NCBI GenBank assembly: GCA_902593675.1
Contig: CACJJI010000005.1
Coordinates: forward strand, 21,081-85,080
Reading direction: 5' to 3'
Origin: an uncultured SAR86 cluster bacterium
GTDB lineage: Bacteria; Pseudomonadota; Gammaproteobacteria; Magnimaribacterales; D2472
Length of the DNA stretch: 64,000 bases
Shown here: piece after piece, positions 51,576-63,028 of the stretch
Numbering within the stretch: position 1 is the first letter of the stretch
Layout: the number at the start of each line of letters is the position of its first letter
Notes under the pieces: generated by a model
Told to the model about the DNA's origin: nothing
Seen by the model: only the letters and a program-made list of their open reading frames with translations
Database searches by the model: none
Program-made: the position numbers and the translations under genes

Positions 51576-52652
51576 ATGGAATTTAATACCACAGAAGAAA
51601 TTATTCAGGATATTGCAGCTGGCAAGATGGTAATTTTGCTAGACGATGAAGATAGGGAAAATGAAGGTGATTTAGTTTGCGCTGCAGAGCTTGTTGATGA
51701 TAAAAAAATCAATTTTATGATTAGCAAGGCAAAAGGTTTGGTGTGTTTGCCCCTATCTCCTCAAAAATGTGATCAGCTTAATCTTCCTATGATGACCAAT
51801 AATAATCGAGCTAAACATGGCACTGGGTTTACAGTTTCTATTGAAGCTGCTGAAGGAATTTCTACAGGCATTTCTGCTGAAGACAGAGCCAGAACCATAA
51901 TTGCAGCAGCAAAAAAAAATGCCAAAGCGAAAGATATCGTTCAGCCAGGTCATATTTTTCCATTAAGGGCTTTTGAAGGAGGAGTGCTGAGTCGTGCAGG
52001 TCATACAGAAGCCGCATGCGATTTAGCTAGACTGGCAGGTCTTGAAGAAGCTGGCGTTATATGCGAAATCATGAATGATGATGGAAGCATGGCTCGAAGA
52101 GATGATTTAATAAAATTTGCTTCAGCTCATGAAATGAAAATTGGGACAATCGCTGACTTAATTCATTATCGTACCCTCAAAGAAAAATCTGTTAATTTGG
52201 AATACTCAAAATCTGTTGAAATTAATGGTTTTGAATTTAAGCTTTCTGCATGGAGAGACAGCATCTTTAATAACCTCCATTTAGCTTTTGCCAAAGGTGA
52301 CCTCACCGCATCTGATTCCCCACTTGTTCGGGTTCATGTCCCGAATACATTGCATGATTTAATTGGCATTGAGGAATTTGGCAAAAGACTTAATCTAGAA
52401 AAGGCTCTAAAAAGAATTGGAAAAGAAAAATGCGGTGTTTTGCTTTTAATTGGAAATTATCAAGATGCTGACGAAGTGATGAACGATCTTATGGGATCAA
52501 AATCATCTGTTAAACCAGAAACAAAAATTGTGGGCATTGGATCACAAATTCTTAAAGAGCTTGGATTACAAAAAATTAAGTTACTTGGAACCCCAGTAAA
52601 ATATCCAACCCTTTCTGGGTTTGATCTTGAGGTCATAGGATTTGAACAATGA
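51576..52652 (+). CDS. ribB: DHBP synthase fused to a degenerate GTP cyclohydrolase II domain (RibBX type)
   Basis: DDEDRENEGD, FTVSIEA, PGHIFPL, RAGHTEA; C-domain RVHVPNTL lacks the Zn-binding cysteines. Confidence 0.92.
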   Translation: MEFNTTEEIIQDIAAGKMVILLDDEDRENEGDLVCAAELVDDKKINFMISKAKGLVCLPLSPQKCDQLNLPMMTNNNRAKHGTGFTVSIEAAEGISTGISAEDRARTIIAAAKKNAKAKDIVQPGHIFPLRAFEGGVLSRAGHTEAACDLARLAGLEEAGVICEIMNDDGSMARRDDLIKFASAHEMKIGTIADLIHYRTLKEKSVNLEYSKSVEINGFEFKLSAWRDSIFNNLHLAFAKGDLTASDSPLVRVHVPNTLHDLIGIEEFGKRLNLEKALKRIGKEKCGVLLLIGNYQDADEVMNDLMGSKSSVKPETKIVGIGSQILKELGLQKIKLLGTPVKYPTLSGFDLEVIGFEQ

Positions 52653-53095
52653 GTAAGAATGGATTCACATACTCATCAAGAAAAATTGATGTCAATAAAA
52701 AAATTACTATAGTTGCTTCAAAATGGAATGCTAAGCTCGTTGATGAATTATTAGAGTCCGGTAAAGCGCATTTAGAAGAACTTGGCTTCACCAACATAAA
52801 AATTGTACATGTTCCTGGTGCTTGGGAACTTGTCCATGCAGCTCAAAAAGAGTTAGCTGATGCAGATGGAGTCATTGCATATGGTGTTGTTATCAGAGGA
52901 GAAACAACACATTACGAACTGATATCTGATTCAACGGCTCAAGGGTTAATGCAGGTTAGTGTTAGTGAAAAAAAGCCTATTGGCTTTGGTCTAATTGCTA
53001 CTGAAAATTTATCTCAAGCCAAACAGCGAACAAATGCATCAAGATTAAATAAAGGCAAAGAAATTGCTCAATCCCTTGTTGAAATGCTCAACTAA
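52649..53095 (+). CDS. ribH: 6,7-dimethyl-8-ribityllumazine synthase
   Basis: VPGAWEL, GVVIRGETTHYE, NKGKE. Confidence 0.93.
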   Translation: MSKNGFTYSSRKIDVNKKITIVASKWNAKLVDELLESGKAHLEELGFTNIKIVHVPGAWELVHAAQKELADADGVIAYGVVIRGETTHYELISDSTAQGLMQVSVSEKKPIGFGLIATENLSQAKQRTNASRLNKGKEIAQSLVEMLN

Positions 53096-53097
53096 AG

Positions 53098-53541
53098 ATG
53101 TCTAAAAACCTAGGGAAGTACAAACAAGAACTTCAAACTCGGGAGTGTTTGGTTCAAGCAATCTATCAATACATATTTCATGAATCAAACCTTCACTCTC
53201 TGATAGATCAATTCTTGAAAGAAAATACACCAAAAAAGATAAGCTTTAATTACTTTAAACAAAGATTAGAAAATATTTTTGAACAAGTAGATGATCTTAA
53301 AGATATCACAAGAGATCTAAAGAATAGTCAAGGTGAGAGTTTAGAGATTATCGATGAAGCTATTTTATGGCTTGGAATAGTTGAGATACGCGCTAATGAA
53401 CTGGCTCATCCAGTGGTTATTGATGAATGTATTCGCCTTGCAAAAAAATTTTCTAATCCAAATTCCTATAAATTTGTTAATGCCAAACTAGATGAATGGC
53501 TAAAAACAAATCAAACAGACTGGCTTAAGAAGGATAGTTAA
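53098..53541 (+). CDS. nusB: Transcription antitermination factor NusB
   Basis: RECLVQAIYQ, VVIDECIRLAKKF, KFVNAKLD; follows ribH. Confidence 0.88.
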   Translation: MSKNLGKYKQELQTRECLVQAIYQYIFHESNLHSLIDQFLKENTPKKISFNYFKQRLENIFEQVDDLKDITRDLKNSQGESLEIIDEAILWLGIVEIRANELAHPVVIDECIRLAKKFSNPNSYKFVNAKLDEWLKTNQTDWLKKDS

Positions 53542-55756
53542 CGTAAATTGGGCTTGACCAAGCTCTATTTTCTGCAGGCGCAAGACAGTCTCCTCTATTC
53601 TCATGAACCCCCACTCTGCATATTTCAGTTTTGATGCATTTGCCATTTTCGTCGAATTCACATCCCAATGGATCAGCTGAAAGTTTTAAAGAGGGCTCCT
53701 CAATAGCCCTAACATAATAAACAGCATCTCTTCTGCCGATGGAGAATTGCTCATCTTCAAATGACACCTTGCAACTCGTACTATTACATGGAAATGTCTT
53801 CCATACATCTTCTACAAGCCCTTCAACTGGCTCATTTTCATATTGTTGTGGCAAAATTTTAATCACTTCAATGCGTGTAATGACTCTTCTTTCATTGCTA
53901 GGGTTGTAACATTCTGAATTACAAATCTTCTCTAGGCGCTCTTTTGTTAATCCATTATTACTATAATCAGGACAGCCAGGTTTTTGTTTAAGAGAGCCTG
54001 CTGCTTTAACAGTAAATACTGGTGATTCATTGCTATCAACTTCTGAGCCCATTGATAAAGATTCAGATTGAGTTTCTGCATCAAACCACAAAAGAATCCT
54101 TGGTCCAGAGGTCGCATAAACCTCTTTTCTTTCTAATGCATCCCAAATTGATTCCCTCTTTCTAGATGTTGAATGAGCAGCAACCAATCCTCCAGACATA
54201 AAATATGCACTTTGTCTTTCAGCATCTGTGGCTATATTTAGATCCATAATACTAGTCAAGGAAGTATTGCCTAAATCAACATAGGATGGCTCTAATTTAC
54301 CCTTAGGGCGCCTAAGGTCGCTTAACTTTTCAAACAACGGATCATTGAAACCATTTGCTTCGGTATTATAAAGTCGGTCAATTTCTTTAAAACCGGTGCC
54401 GGGTCGAGCTCCATGATTGTCACTGGAACCAATAAATCCAAATTTAAAACGCTTTGGATTTTGTTTGTCAGTAAAATCACTTAAAGCTAAAACATACTGC
54501 GCTGATCCTTGCGGCCTATAGTTAAAGGATGGCAGAAAACAGTCATTACACTGTCCTGCATTCAAGTAATCATCTGGGTCAGTTTCATTCACTGCAGCAT
54601 ACCCTGTTGAACCCATTTGGGCGGCAAATAGTTTTGTTTGATCCACCAAATACTTACATGTTTCTGCATCCATCCCAGAATCTTCGCATCTTTCAGCCAT
54701 AATATTGCCGGCCTGTTGGCAGGTTGGTAAAAAATCTTGGCTTTCCACAGGGCAAAATACCTCAACTTTTGCATTAATCCCCGCATCATTCCATGTTCTA
54801 TATTCTTCAGAGTTTCCATGACCAGAATAAATTTCAAACAAAAACTGAGATTCATCATCTTGAAAATCTTGAAGCTGTTTTTTCCAATCTGATGTTGGTG
54901 GAGTATAAAACCCCCATGTTGTGCCATGAGGAATGACCATATAAGGCGTCTCCCAATCTTTTAACTTCTGAAACAAAATATTTGGATTAGTTGCCTCCTC
55001 ATAACAATTTACAGGAAGATCCCTGGTATTAACTCCTTCTGGGCAAATAGGTGTTGCCTTAATTTCCTCAAAAAATTTATCAAATGCAAAAAATCTGTCT
55101 CTATTTTTTAGATCTAAAGTTGCAGGTAAAGCAGACATGGTCCAGGGCAAGCCCAGCCTCATTACCAATGGTGCAACCCCTCCCGAACCAATGGCTCTTG
55201 GTGGAACTAAAGCATCGTCTGTTTCTAAAAAAATAACATTTTTATGGCCATAATGATTGTCAGGGTTCGGATCAACTTGGGTCCATTCCCACCCTAAAAA
55301 ACTAACCAAATCATCTGTTCCTTCTGCTAAATTATTGCATTGTTGAATGCTTTGTTTGGTATCAAGCCATTTTCTTGGAGTGCTTGCTTCGGCATGATCA
55401 TTGATAGACCAGAAATCTAAGGCTGAACAAAATCTCGCATAATCACATGCATCGGCTAATGGCGAGGCTCCTTTGCCATTCATAAAAGGCAAAGACCACA
55501 TGAATGCATCTGTTGAATAGGTTGTGTGAACATGCAAATCGCCAAAGAGAATTTGTTTTTCGTCCAAAACCTCTAATTCTGATTTAACTACATTGATTCT
55601 AGCCGCTCTATCTTCAAGCGCTTTTTCTGGAAGAGCTCTTCCCTCTATGACTCCTGGTCCATCCAATGTTCCAAAAACTTTTATAACCGCACCTCCAAAA
55701 AAGATGGCTACAGTAAAAACAAAAAGCAGGACGAGTGAAGTTAGAAGGTTTCTCAT
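53525..55756 (-). CDS. DUF3604 family exported PHP-like metallo-protein
   Basis: N-terminal signal/TM, FGDLHVHT..S.DA, NDHAE, GWEWT, GSSDNH, EVYATSGPR, YYVRAIE.P, RAWSSPI. Confidence 0.8.
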   Translation of the reverse strand: MRNLLTSLVLLFVFTVAIFFGGAVIKVFGTLDGPGVIEGRALPEKALEDRAARINVVKSELEVLDEKQILFGDLHVHTTYSTDAFMWSLPFMNGKGASPLADACDYARFCSALDFWSINDHAEASTPRKWLDTKQSIQQCNNLAEGTDDLVSFLGWEWTQVDPNPDNHYGHKNVIFLETDDALVPPRAIGSGGVAPLVMRLGLPWTMSALPATLDLKNRDRFFAFDKFFEEIKATPICPEGVNTRDLPVNCYEEATNPNILFQKLKDWETPYMVIPHGTTWGFYTPPTSDWKKQLQDFQDDESQFLFEIYSGHGNSEEYRTWNDAGINAKVEVFCPVESQDFLPTCQQAGNIMAERCEDSGMDAETCKYLVDQTKLFAAQMGSTGYAAVNETDPDDYLNAGQCNDCFLPSFNYRPQGSAQYVLALSDFTDKQNPKRFKFGFIGSSDNHGARPGTGFKEIDRLYNTEANGFNDPLFEKLSDLRRPKGKLEPSYVDLGNTSLTSIMDLNIATDAERQSAYFMSGGLVAAHSTSRKRESIWDALERKEVYATSGPRILLWFDAETQSESLSMGSEVDSNESPVFTVKAAGSLKQKPGCPDYSNNGLTKERLEKICNSECYNPSNERRVITRIEVIKILPQQYENEPVEGLVEDVWKTFPCNSTSCKVSFEDEQFSIGRRDAVYYVRAIEEPSLKLSADPLGCEFDENGKCIKTEICRVGVHENRGDCLAPAENRAWSSPIYVNYPS

Positions 55757-55777
55757 ATCTCTCCAGAATTGATAGAA

Positions 55778-57001
55778 CTAATCTCTATAAATTGTTTGAT
55801 CTCTTGATGGTCCTACCGAAACAATGCCAATCGGACAATCCAGAGTCTCCTCAATAAATAGTATATAGTCCTGAGCAGCTTTAGGTAAATCATCAAAAGA
55901 TCTAGCATTGGATGTATCCTGCATCCAACCAGAGAAAGATTTATAAATCGGTAGCTGATCTTTGTCATAATCAATACACACTTTAATTTCTTCAAAGCCA
56001 TCAAGGACATCTAATTTTGTGATGCAGAGATTAGTAACAGAGTTAATGAAAACTATAGTTTCTAAAGCTTTTAAATCTAACCACCCGCATCTTCTTGGGC
56101 GTCCGGTTGTTGCACCAAATTCATGTCCAACTTTTGCCAACTGCTCTGCATTGGAATCAAACAACTCAGTGATGAAAGGCCCTTCACCAACACGAGTAGT
56201 GTATGCCTTAGTGATGCCCAAAATGGAATCAAGATGCCGCGGGCCAACACCCAACCCTGATGATAAACCACCTGCAGTTGTGCTAGAAGAGGTGACATAC
56301 GGATAGGTTCCATGATCAATGTCTAGCATTGAACCCTGCGCACCCTCAAAAAGAATGCTTTTGCCCTGTTTCACCCAAAGTCTTAAAAGATCCTGAGTTT
56401 TGCAATGATATTCATCGTAAAGATCTATGTTGCTAATTAACTCTTCTAAAACATCCTCAAAAATTACTGGTTGAGCATTATATAAATTCTGCAAAATTTG
56501 GTTGTGATAATTAACCAGTGTTGATAATTTTATTTTAAGTTCTTCAAGGTTTTTTAAATCTCCAAAACGTATCGCACGTCTAGCAATTTTATCTTCATAT
56601 GCCGGACCAATCCCCCTGCCGGTTGTTCCAATACCTTCTTCTTTATCTCGTACTTGGTCAATTGCTACGTGAGTAGGCAGAATTAAAGAGCAATCTTCAC
56701 TTACGTAAAAACGGTCTGTGAAATTAATATCGCTTTCTTGTAATTCCTGAATTTCTTTAGCTAAAGCCGAAAGAGACAAAACAAGACCATTACCCAAGAC
56801 GCAATGAACCGAAGGGTGAAGAATGCCCGAAGGAACTAGATGAAGAACTTTTTGCTCGCCATCGACTTTTAGAGTATGTCCAGCGTTATGGCCGCCTTGA
56901 AAACGACATACTGCTTCGGAAGTTTCGGCCAAAGCATCGACAATTTTTCCTTTACCCTCATCACCCCACTGTAAGCCCAAGATAAGGGTATTTTTGCTCA
57001 T
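55778..57001 (-). CDS. purA: Adenylosuccinate synthetase
   Basis: QWGDEGKGK, GGHNAGHT, GTYPYVTSS, GATTGRPRRCGW. Confidence 0.98.
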   Translation of the reverse strand: MSKNTLILGLQWGDEGKGKIVDALAETSEAVCRFQGGHNAGHTLKVDGEQKVLHLVPSGILHPSVHCVLGNGLVLSLSALAKEIQELQESDINFTDRFYVSEDCSLILPTHVAIDQVRDKEEGIGTTGRGIGPAYEDKIARRAIRFGDLKNLEELKIKLSTLVNYHNQILQNLYNAQPVIFEDVLEELISNIDLYDEYHCKTQDLLRLWVKQGKSILFEGAQGSMLDIDHGTYPYVTSSSTTAGGLSSGLGVGPRHLDSILGITKAYTTRVGEGPFITELFDSNAEQLAKVGHEFGATTGRPRRCGWLDLKALETIVFINSVTNLCITKLDVLDGFEEIKVCIDYDKDQLPIYKSFSGWMQDTSNARSFDDLPKAAQDYILFIEETLDCPIGIVSVGPSRDQTIYRD

Positions 57002-57007
57002 GGGATG

Positions 57008-57877
57008 CTAATTATCGCCTTTTGACTTATTCAAGTATTTAAAGAAATCGGATTTAGGATCAATCAGCAAAACATCTGACTTGTTATTAAAAGTAGCATC
57101 ATAAGCTCTCATGCTTCTGGTGAATTCGTAGAATTCTGGATCTTTAGAAAAGGATTCTGCATAAATTGCAGCGGCCTTAGCATCACCATCACCTCTGATT
57201 TGTTCTGCAGTTTTATATGCTTCGGCCAAAATTATAACTTTCTCTTTATCTGCAGTTGATCGAATTTCATTTGAAAGCTCATTACCTTCAGCACGCAACT
57301 CTTCAGCCAACCTATTTCTTTCTGAACGCATTCTTTCATAAACAGAGTTACTCAGCTCTGGTGGCAAGTCGATTCTTTTAACTCTAAAATCAATGATTTC
57401 GATACCTAAATCCGATACAGAGTCGCCTAAATTTTCTCGCATATCACTCATCAGCTGGTCTCTTTCACCAGAAACTAATTCAGTCACTGTTCTGCGGCCA
57501 AATTGATTTTTCAATTCAAATGCAGTCCTTTGCCCTAATAGATTATTTAAGTTAATGAAGCTTCCACTGGTAGCATCATAGAATGTTCTAACGTTGGTAA
57601 TACGATATTTTACAAACGAATCAACAATAAGATATTTACTCTCAACTGTTAAAATTCTATTTGGTTCTTCATCAAGGGTTTGCAACCTTGAATCATATTT
57701 CTTTACATTTTGGATAATTGGTAATTTAAAATTTAAACCAGTTGGAAGATCAGATCTAATTGCTTCACCGAATTGAAATACAATTCCATCTTCTTTCTCA
57801 TCTATTACAAAAATACTATTGAGAATCAATGCAAGAATAAGCCCTGCAAGAACCAAGAGATTCATTCCTTTAGTCAT
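57008..57877 (-). CDS. hflC: FtsH modulator HflC
   Basis: SPFH domain, RVKRIDLP, VYERMRSER, DPEFYEFTRS. Confidence 0.95.
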   Translation of the reverse strand: MTKGMNLLVLAGLILALILNSIFVIDEKEDGIVFQFGEAIRSDLPTGLNFKLPIIQNVKKYDSRLQTLDEEPNRILTVESKYLIVDSFVKYRITNVRTFYDATSGSFINLNNLLGQRTAFELKNQFGRRTVTELVSGERDQLMSDMRENLGDSVSDLGIEIIDFRVKRIDLPPELSNSVYERMRSERNRLAEELRAEGNELSNEIRSTADKEKVIILAEAYKTAEQIRGDGDAKAAAIYAESFSKDPEFYEFTRSMRAYDATFNNKSDVLLIDPKSDFFKYLNKSKGDN

Positions 57878-58914
57878 TACTCTTCCTCCTCTGATTTGTT
57901 TTGCTCTAAAATTTTATCCAATGGGAGGTACATTAAGTTATTGCCGCCCTCTACATCCATCAATACTTTAGTTGAATTACTATATAAACCTTGTAATGCA
58001 TCAAGATAAAGTCTATCTCTGGTTACTTTAGGTGCTTTTTGATACTCAGCTAATAATTTATCAAAGCGAACAGCCTCACCCTCAGCATTAGCTACAACTT
58101 CTTCTCTATATGCTTCGGCCGCTTGGATCCTAGCAAAAGCTTGACCTCTAGCTTCTGGAACAATTGAAAGTCCATACCTATCAGCTTCATTTTGTAATTT
58201 TTCTTTATCTTCTCTAGCCGCAACAACATCATCAAAAGAAGCTTTCACAGCTGAAGGAGGATCAGTCTTTTCAATATTTACCTGCTGCACTACTAGCCCT
58301 GTTGCATATAAATCTAGATAGCTCTGAAGTCTTGCATCTACATCTTGAGCAATCTTTTCACGACCAGTTGTAAGAGTTTCTTCTAAGGTATTATCACCCA
58401 CCACATGCCGCAAAGAGCTTTCTGTAGCTTCCCTAAGGCTGCTTTCTGGATCACGTACATTTAAAACAAAATCCTTTAAATTCTTTATTCTGTACTGAAC
58501 AGATATAGTTACATCAACCAAGTTTTCATCTTTGGTTAGCATGTTTGCTGTTTGTGAGTAGCGTCTTGTTAATGCTACATTTTCTACATACCTTTCATCA
58601 ATTCCAGCCAGCATAAAGTTAAGACCCTCTCCGGTTTCAGCGTGATATTCACCAAATCTTAAAACTACTGCTCTTTCTGGAGAGTCTAGCTGATAAATTG
58701 ACATGCTTGCGTAGAGAACTAGCAAACCAAAAAAACCATATAAAAAGGCTCTTTTTGTTGGGAAGTTAAATCCACCTCCTCCAGAAGACCCATTAGAACC
58801 TGAACCTTGTTTTCCAAACATTACTGAAAACTTTTTGATTAAATCATCAAATGAAACTTCATCCTGGTCTTTCCGGCCCCATGGATCCTGATTGTTTTGA
58901 TTATCCCAATTCAC
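57877..58914 (-). CDS. hflK: FtsH modulator HflK
   Basis: WDN..QDPWG, MLTKDEN, ESSLRHVVG, APKVTRDRLY; GTG start. Confidence 0.95.
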   Translation of the reverse strand: MNWDNQNNQDPWGRKDQDEVSFDDLIKKFSVMFGKQGSGSNGSSGGGGFNFPTKRAFLYGFFGLLVLYASMSIYQLDSPERAVVLRFGEYHAETGEGLNFMLAGIDERYVENVALTRRYSQTANMLTKDENLVDVTISVQYRIKNLKDFVLNVRDPESSLREATESSLRHVVGDNTLEETLTTGREKIAQDVDARLQSYLDLYATGLVVQQVNIEKTDPPSAVKASFDDVVAAREDKEKLQNEADRYGLSIVPEARGQAFARIQAAEAYREEVVANAEGEAVRFDKLLAEYQKAPKVTRDRLYLDALQGLYSNSTKVLMDVEGGNNLMYLPLDKILEQNKSEEEE

Positions 58915-58974
58915 GTAGATACCTATAAATTTAAAGTTTAATTATAAATACAATTTGGGGGTAAATCCTTAGAA

Positions 58975-59928
58975 TTAAATGATTTCAAGTAAATTAAGTT
59001 GTTTTTTTAACTCCTCGGTAGCATCTCCCCATTGATGCAAATCAAAATTTCTCAAATTTTCCCATCCTCGCATCCATGTGCATTGTCTTTTAGCAAATTG
59101 GCGTGTAGCAAAAAGAGACTGCTCAAAGAGTTGAGACCTTTCTAGCTTTCCTTCAATTACATTTAATCCCTGTCTATAATTTATTGCTTTCATAGCAGGG
59201 TGAGTAGAAGAAATATTGAAGTCACTTTTAATTTGGATTATTTCTTCAAGTAAGCTTTCTCCAACTAACTTGCCCTGCCTAGATTCTATTCTTTTATGAA
59301 GCTCAGATCTTTCTTTGGGAAAAATTCCAAACTCTACCAATTCAAATTTTTCATCTAACCTATTTGGTTTTATAGATGACAAACTATCATTTATGCTCAT
59401 TCCAGTTAAAGTTATAACTTCAATTGCTCTTATAATTCTCTGAGAATCTTTTGGTTTAATGGTTTGGGCGGCTTTCGAATCAAGCTTTTTTAGATCTGCG
59501 TAAAGAGCTTCTATTCCCTTTTCAAGCATCCTGGTTTCTAAATCCTTCCGTAAGGATTCATTTGCAGACGGCAAAGCACTCAGCCCATTTTTTAAAAGGT
59601 TAAAATACATCATGCTCCCCCCTACCATTAATGGAATCTTGTTTTGAGAATGAATACTTTCAATTAATTTAATGGCTGCTTGATAAAAATCTGCAACAGA
59701 AAATATGCGATTGAGCGAAACATAGTTAACCAAATGATGAGGATGTTTTTTTAAAATAAATTTACTTGGTTTTGCAGATCCAACATTGCATTCTTTATAA
59801 ACCATGACAGAGTCAACGCTAATGATTTCAAAATCTTTGAATTGGTTTTGCCATTCAATAGCCCATTCAGTTTTACCAGATGCGGTTGGACCTAACAGAA
59901 ATACGATGGGTTTCTTATTAACTTTCAA
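58975..59928 (-). CDS. miaA: tRNA dimethylallyltransferase
   Basis: GPTASGKT, SVDSVMVY, GSAKP, VGGSMMY, TRQFAKRQ.TW. Confidence 0.96.
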   Translation of the reverse strand: MKVNKKPIVFLLGPTASGKTEWAIEWQNQFKDFEIISVDSVMVYKECNVGSAKPSKFILKKHPHHLVNYVSLNRIFSVADFYQAAIKLIESIHSQNKIPLMVGGSMMYFNLLKNGLSALPSANESLRKDLETRMLEKGIEALYADLKKLDSKAAQTIKPKDSQRIIRAIEVITLTGMSINDSLSSIKPNRLDEKFELVEFGIFPKERSELHKRIESRQGKLVGESLLEEIIQIKSDFNISSTHPAMKAINYRQGLNVIEGKLERSQLFEQSLFATRQFAKRQCTWMRGWENLRNFDLHQWGDATEELKKQLNLLEII

Positions 59929-59934
59929 ATACTT

Positions 59935-61505
<1,571 letters not shown>

Positions 61506-61566
61506 ATCAAAGGTATATTTAAATTAATGTAATAATACATTCTTTAATTTTAATGTACTCACAATA

Positions 61567-62433
61567 TTGATTAGATTAATGACGACATTATGGCAAGGTC
61601 TTTGCAATCTACCAACTTCATTGCATCCAGCAATAGGAAAATTCTTTGGTAAGCTCCTATTTATTATTGCTAAAAGTAGAAAAAAAATTGCTCAAGCAAA
61701 TATTGCAATTTGCTTCCCAAATTTATCAAAGGCGGAGCAACAAAAACTTTTGCAGGATAATTTTTTGTACATGGGAAGATCATTCATTGAAACGGGCATA
61801 GCTTGGTTTTGGCAAGATACAAAAATACAAAACGAGATTGATTACGAGATTATTGGCTTAGAGCTTTTATTTGGTAATGATGCTAATGATGGCAACTTAA
61901 TCATTTTTAAGCACTCACAACACTTAGAGCTAGATGCCCGTCTTTTAGCTATGAGTGCAGCAGTATATGGTGTAAGCAGACCACATAATTCTCCAATAAT
62001 GAATAAAATTCAAGATAGAGGGCGGCTCTCTAGCATTAAAGATACTGCAGATAAAAATAATCCACGTAAATTTATGAAATGGCTTAAATCTGGTAAGAGC
62101 GTCATGTATGCAATAGATCAAGATTATGGATGGGATCATTCTGTAAAATTAAAATTTTTTAACCAAAATGCTGCTACGATCACCACAACAAGAAAAATTG
62201 TTGATGGGACTAATTCAAATTTATTATTTTTAAATTCATTTTATGAGAATAAAAAATTAATTCTTAATATAGAATTAATCGATCATGTGGGACTAAATTC
62301 AGAAGAGTTAGCGCAGAAAATTAATGACCTAATGGAAGAAAAGATTCTTCAACATCCAGCAGAGTACCTTTGGATGCATAGAAGATTTAAATCCACTCTA
62401 GGAAAAAACTTTTACAAACAATATGAACTTTGA
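61567..62433 (+). CDS. lpxL: Lipid A late acyltransferase (LpxL/HtrB family)
   Basis: ANIAICFP, H....E motif (HSQHLELD), DQD, FF, PAEYLWMHRRFK; divergent from waaA. Confidence 0.85.
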   Translation: MIRLMTTLWQGLCNLPTSLHPAIGKFFGKLLFIIAKSRKKIAQANIAICFPNLSKAEQQKLLQDNFLYMGRSFIETGIAWFWQDTKIQNEIDYEIIGLELLFGNDANDGNLIIFKHSQHLELDARLLAMSAAVYGVSRPHNSPIMNKIQDRGRLSSIKDTADKNNPRKFMKWLKSGKSVMYAIDQDYGWDHSVKLKFFNQNAATITTTRKIVDGTNSNLLFLNSFYENKKLILNIELIDHVGLNSEELAQKINDLMEEKILQHPAEYLWMHRRFKSTLGKNFYKQYEL

Positions 62434-63028
62434 AAAATTAAATAGCCTCAAGGGATTCATGCCCAGTCATGAAGGCTTATCATTAACTAAATGGGCTGAA
62501 GAGTTTTCTTGTTATGGGCCTGCCCTAGAAATTGGTACCTTTGGAGCAAAATCGGCTCTTTACATTGCAGCAGGAAGTTCAATTCATAATCAACTTGTCT
62601 ATACAATAGATCATCATTCTGGCTCAGAAGAACACCAACTCGGTGAAGATTATTTTGATCCAGAGATCTATGATGAGAAATTGGGTCGAGTCAATACGGT
62701 GCCCTTAATGCAAGCAAATCTCCAGCAATTTGATGAGAGCAAATGGGTCGTTCCAATTCTAGCAAATGCCAATTCTATTGCGCCTTCGTGGAAAACAGAC
62801 TTAGGACTGCTTTTTATTGACGGTAGTCACACTGAAATATCTGCAATGAATGATTATAATAATTGGAAATCGAAGATTCACTCTAATGGAGCACTAGTTA
62901 TTCATGATATTTATGAAAAACCAGAGGATGGCGGGCAAGCGCCGTATCTAATTTATCAAAAAGCTTTGACAGAAGGTTTTCAACTGCACGAACGAGTGGA
63001 TACTATCGTTTGCCTAACTCAGGCATAA
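62423..63028 (+). CDS. Class I SAM-dependent methyltransferase (Methyltransf_24-like)
   Basis: KGFMP..EG, LEIGTFGAKS, DHHSGSEEHQ, LLFIDGSH, IHD. Confidence 0.8.
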   Translation: MNFEKLNSLKGFMPSHEGLSLTKWAEEFSCYGPALEIGTFGAKSALYIAAGSSIHNQLVYTIDHHSGSEEHQLGEDYFDPEIYDEKLGRVNTVPLMQANLQQFDESKWVVPILANANSIAPSWKTDLGLLFIDGSHTEISAMNDYNNWKSKIHSNGALVIHDIYEKPEDGGQAPYLIYQKALTEGFQLHERVDTIVCLTQA

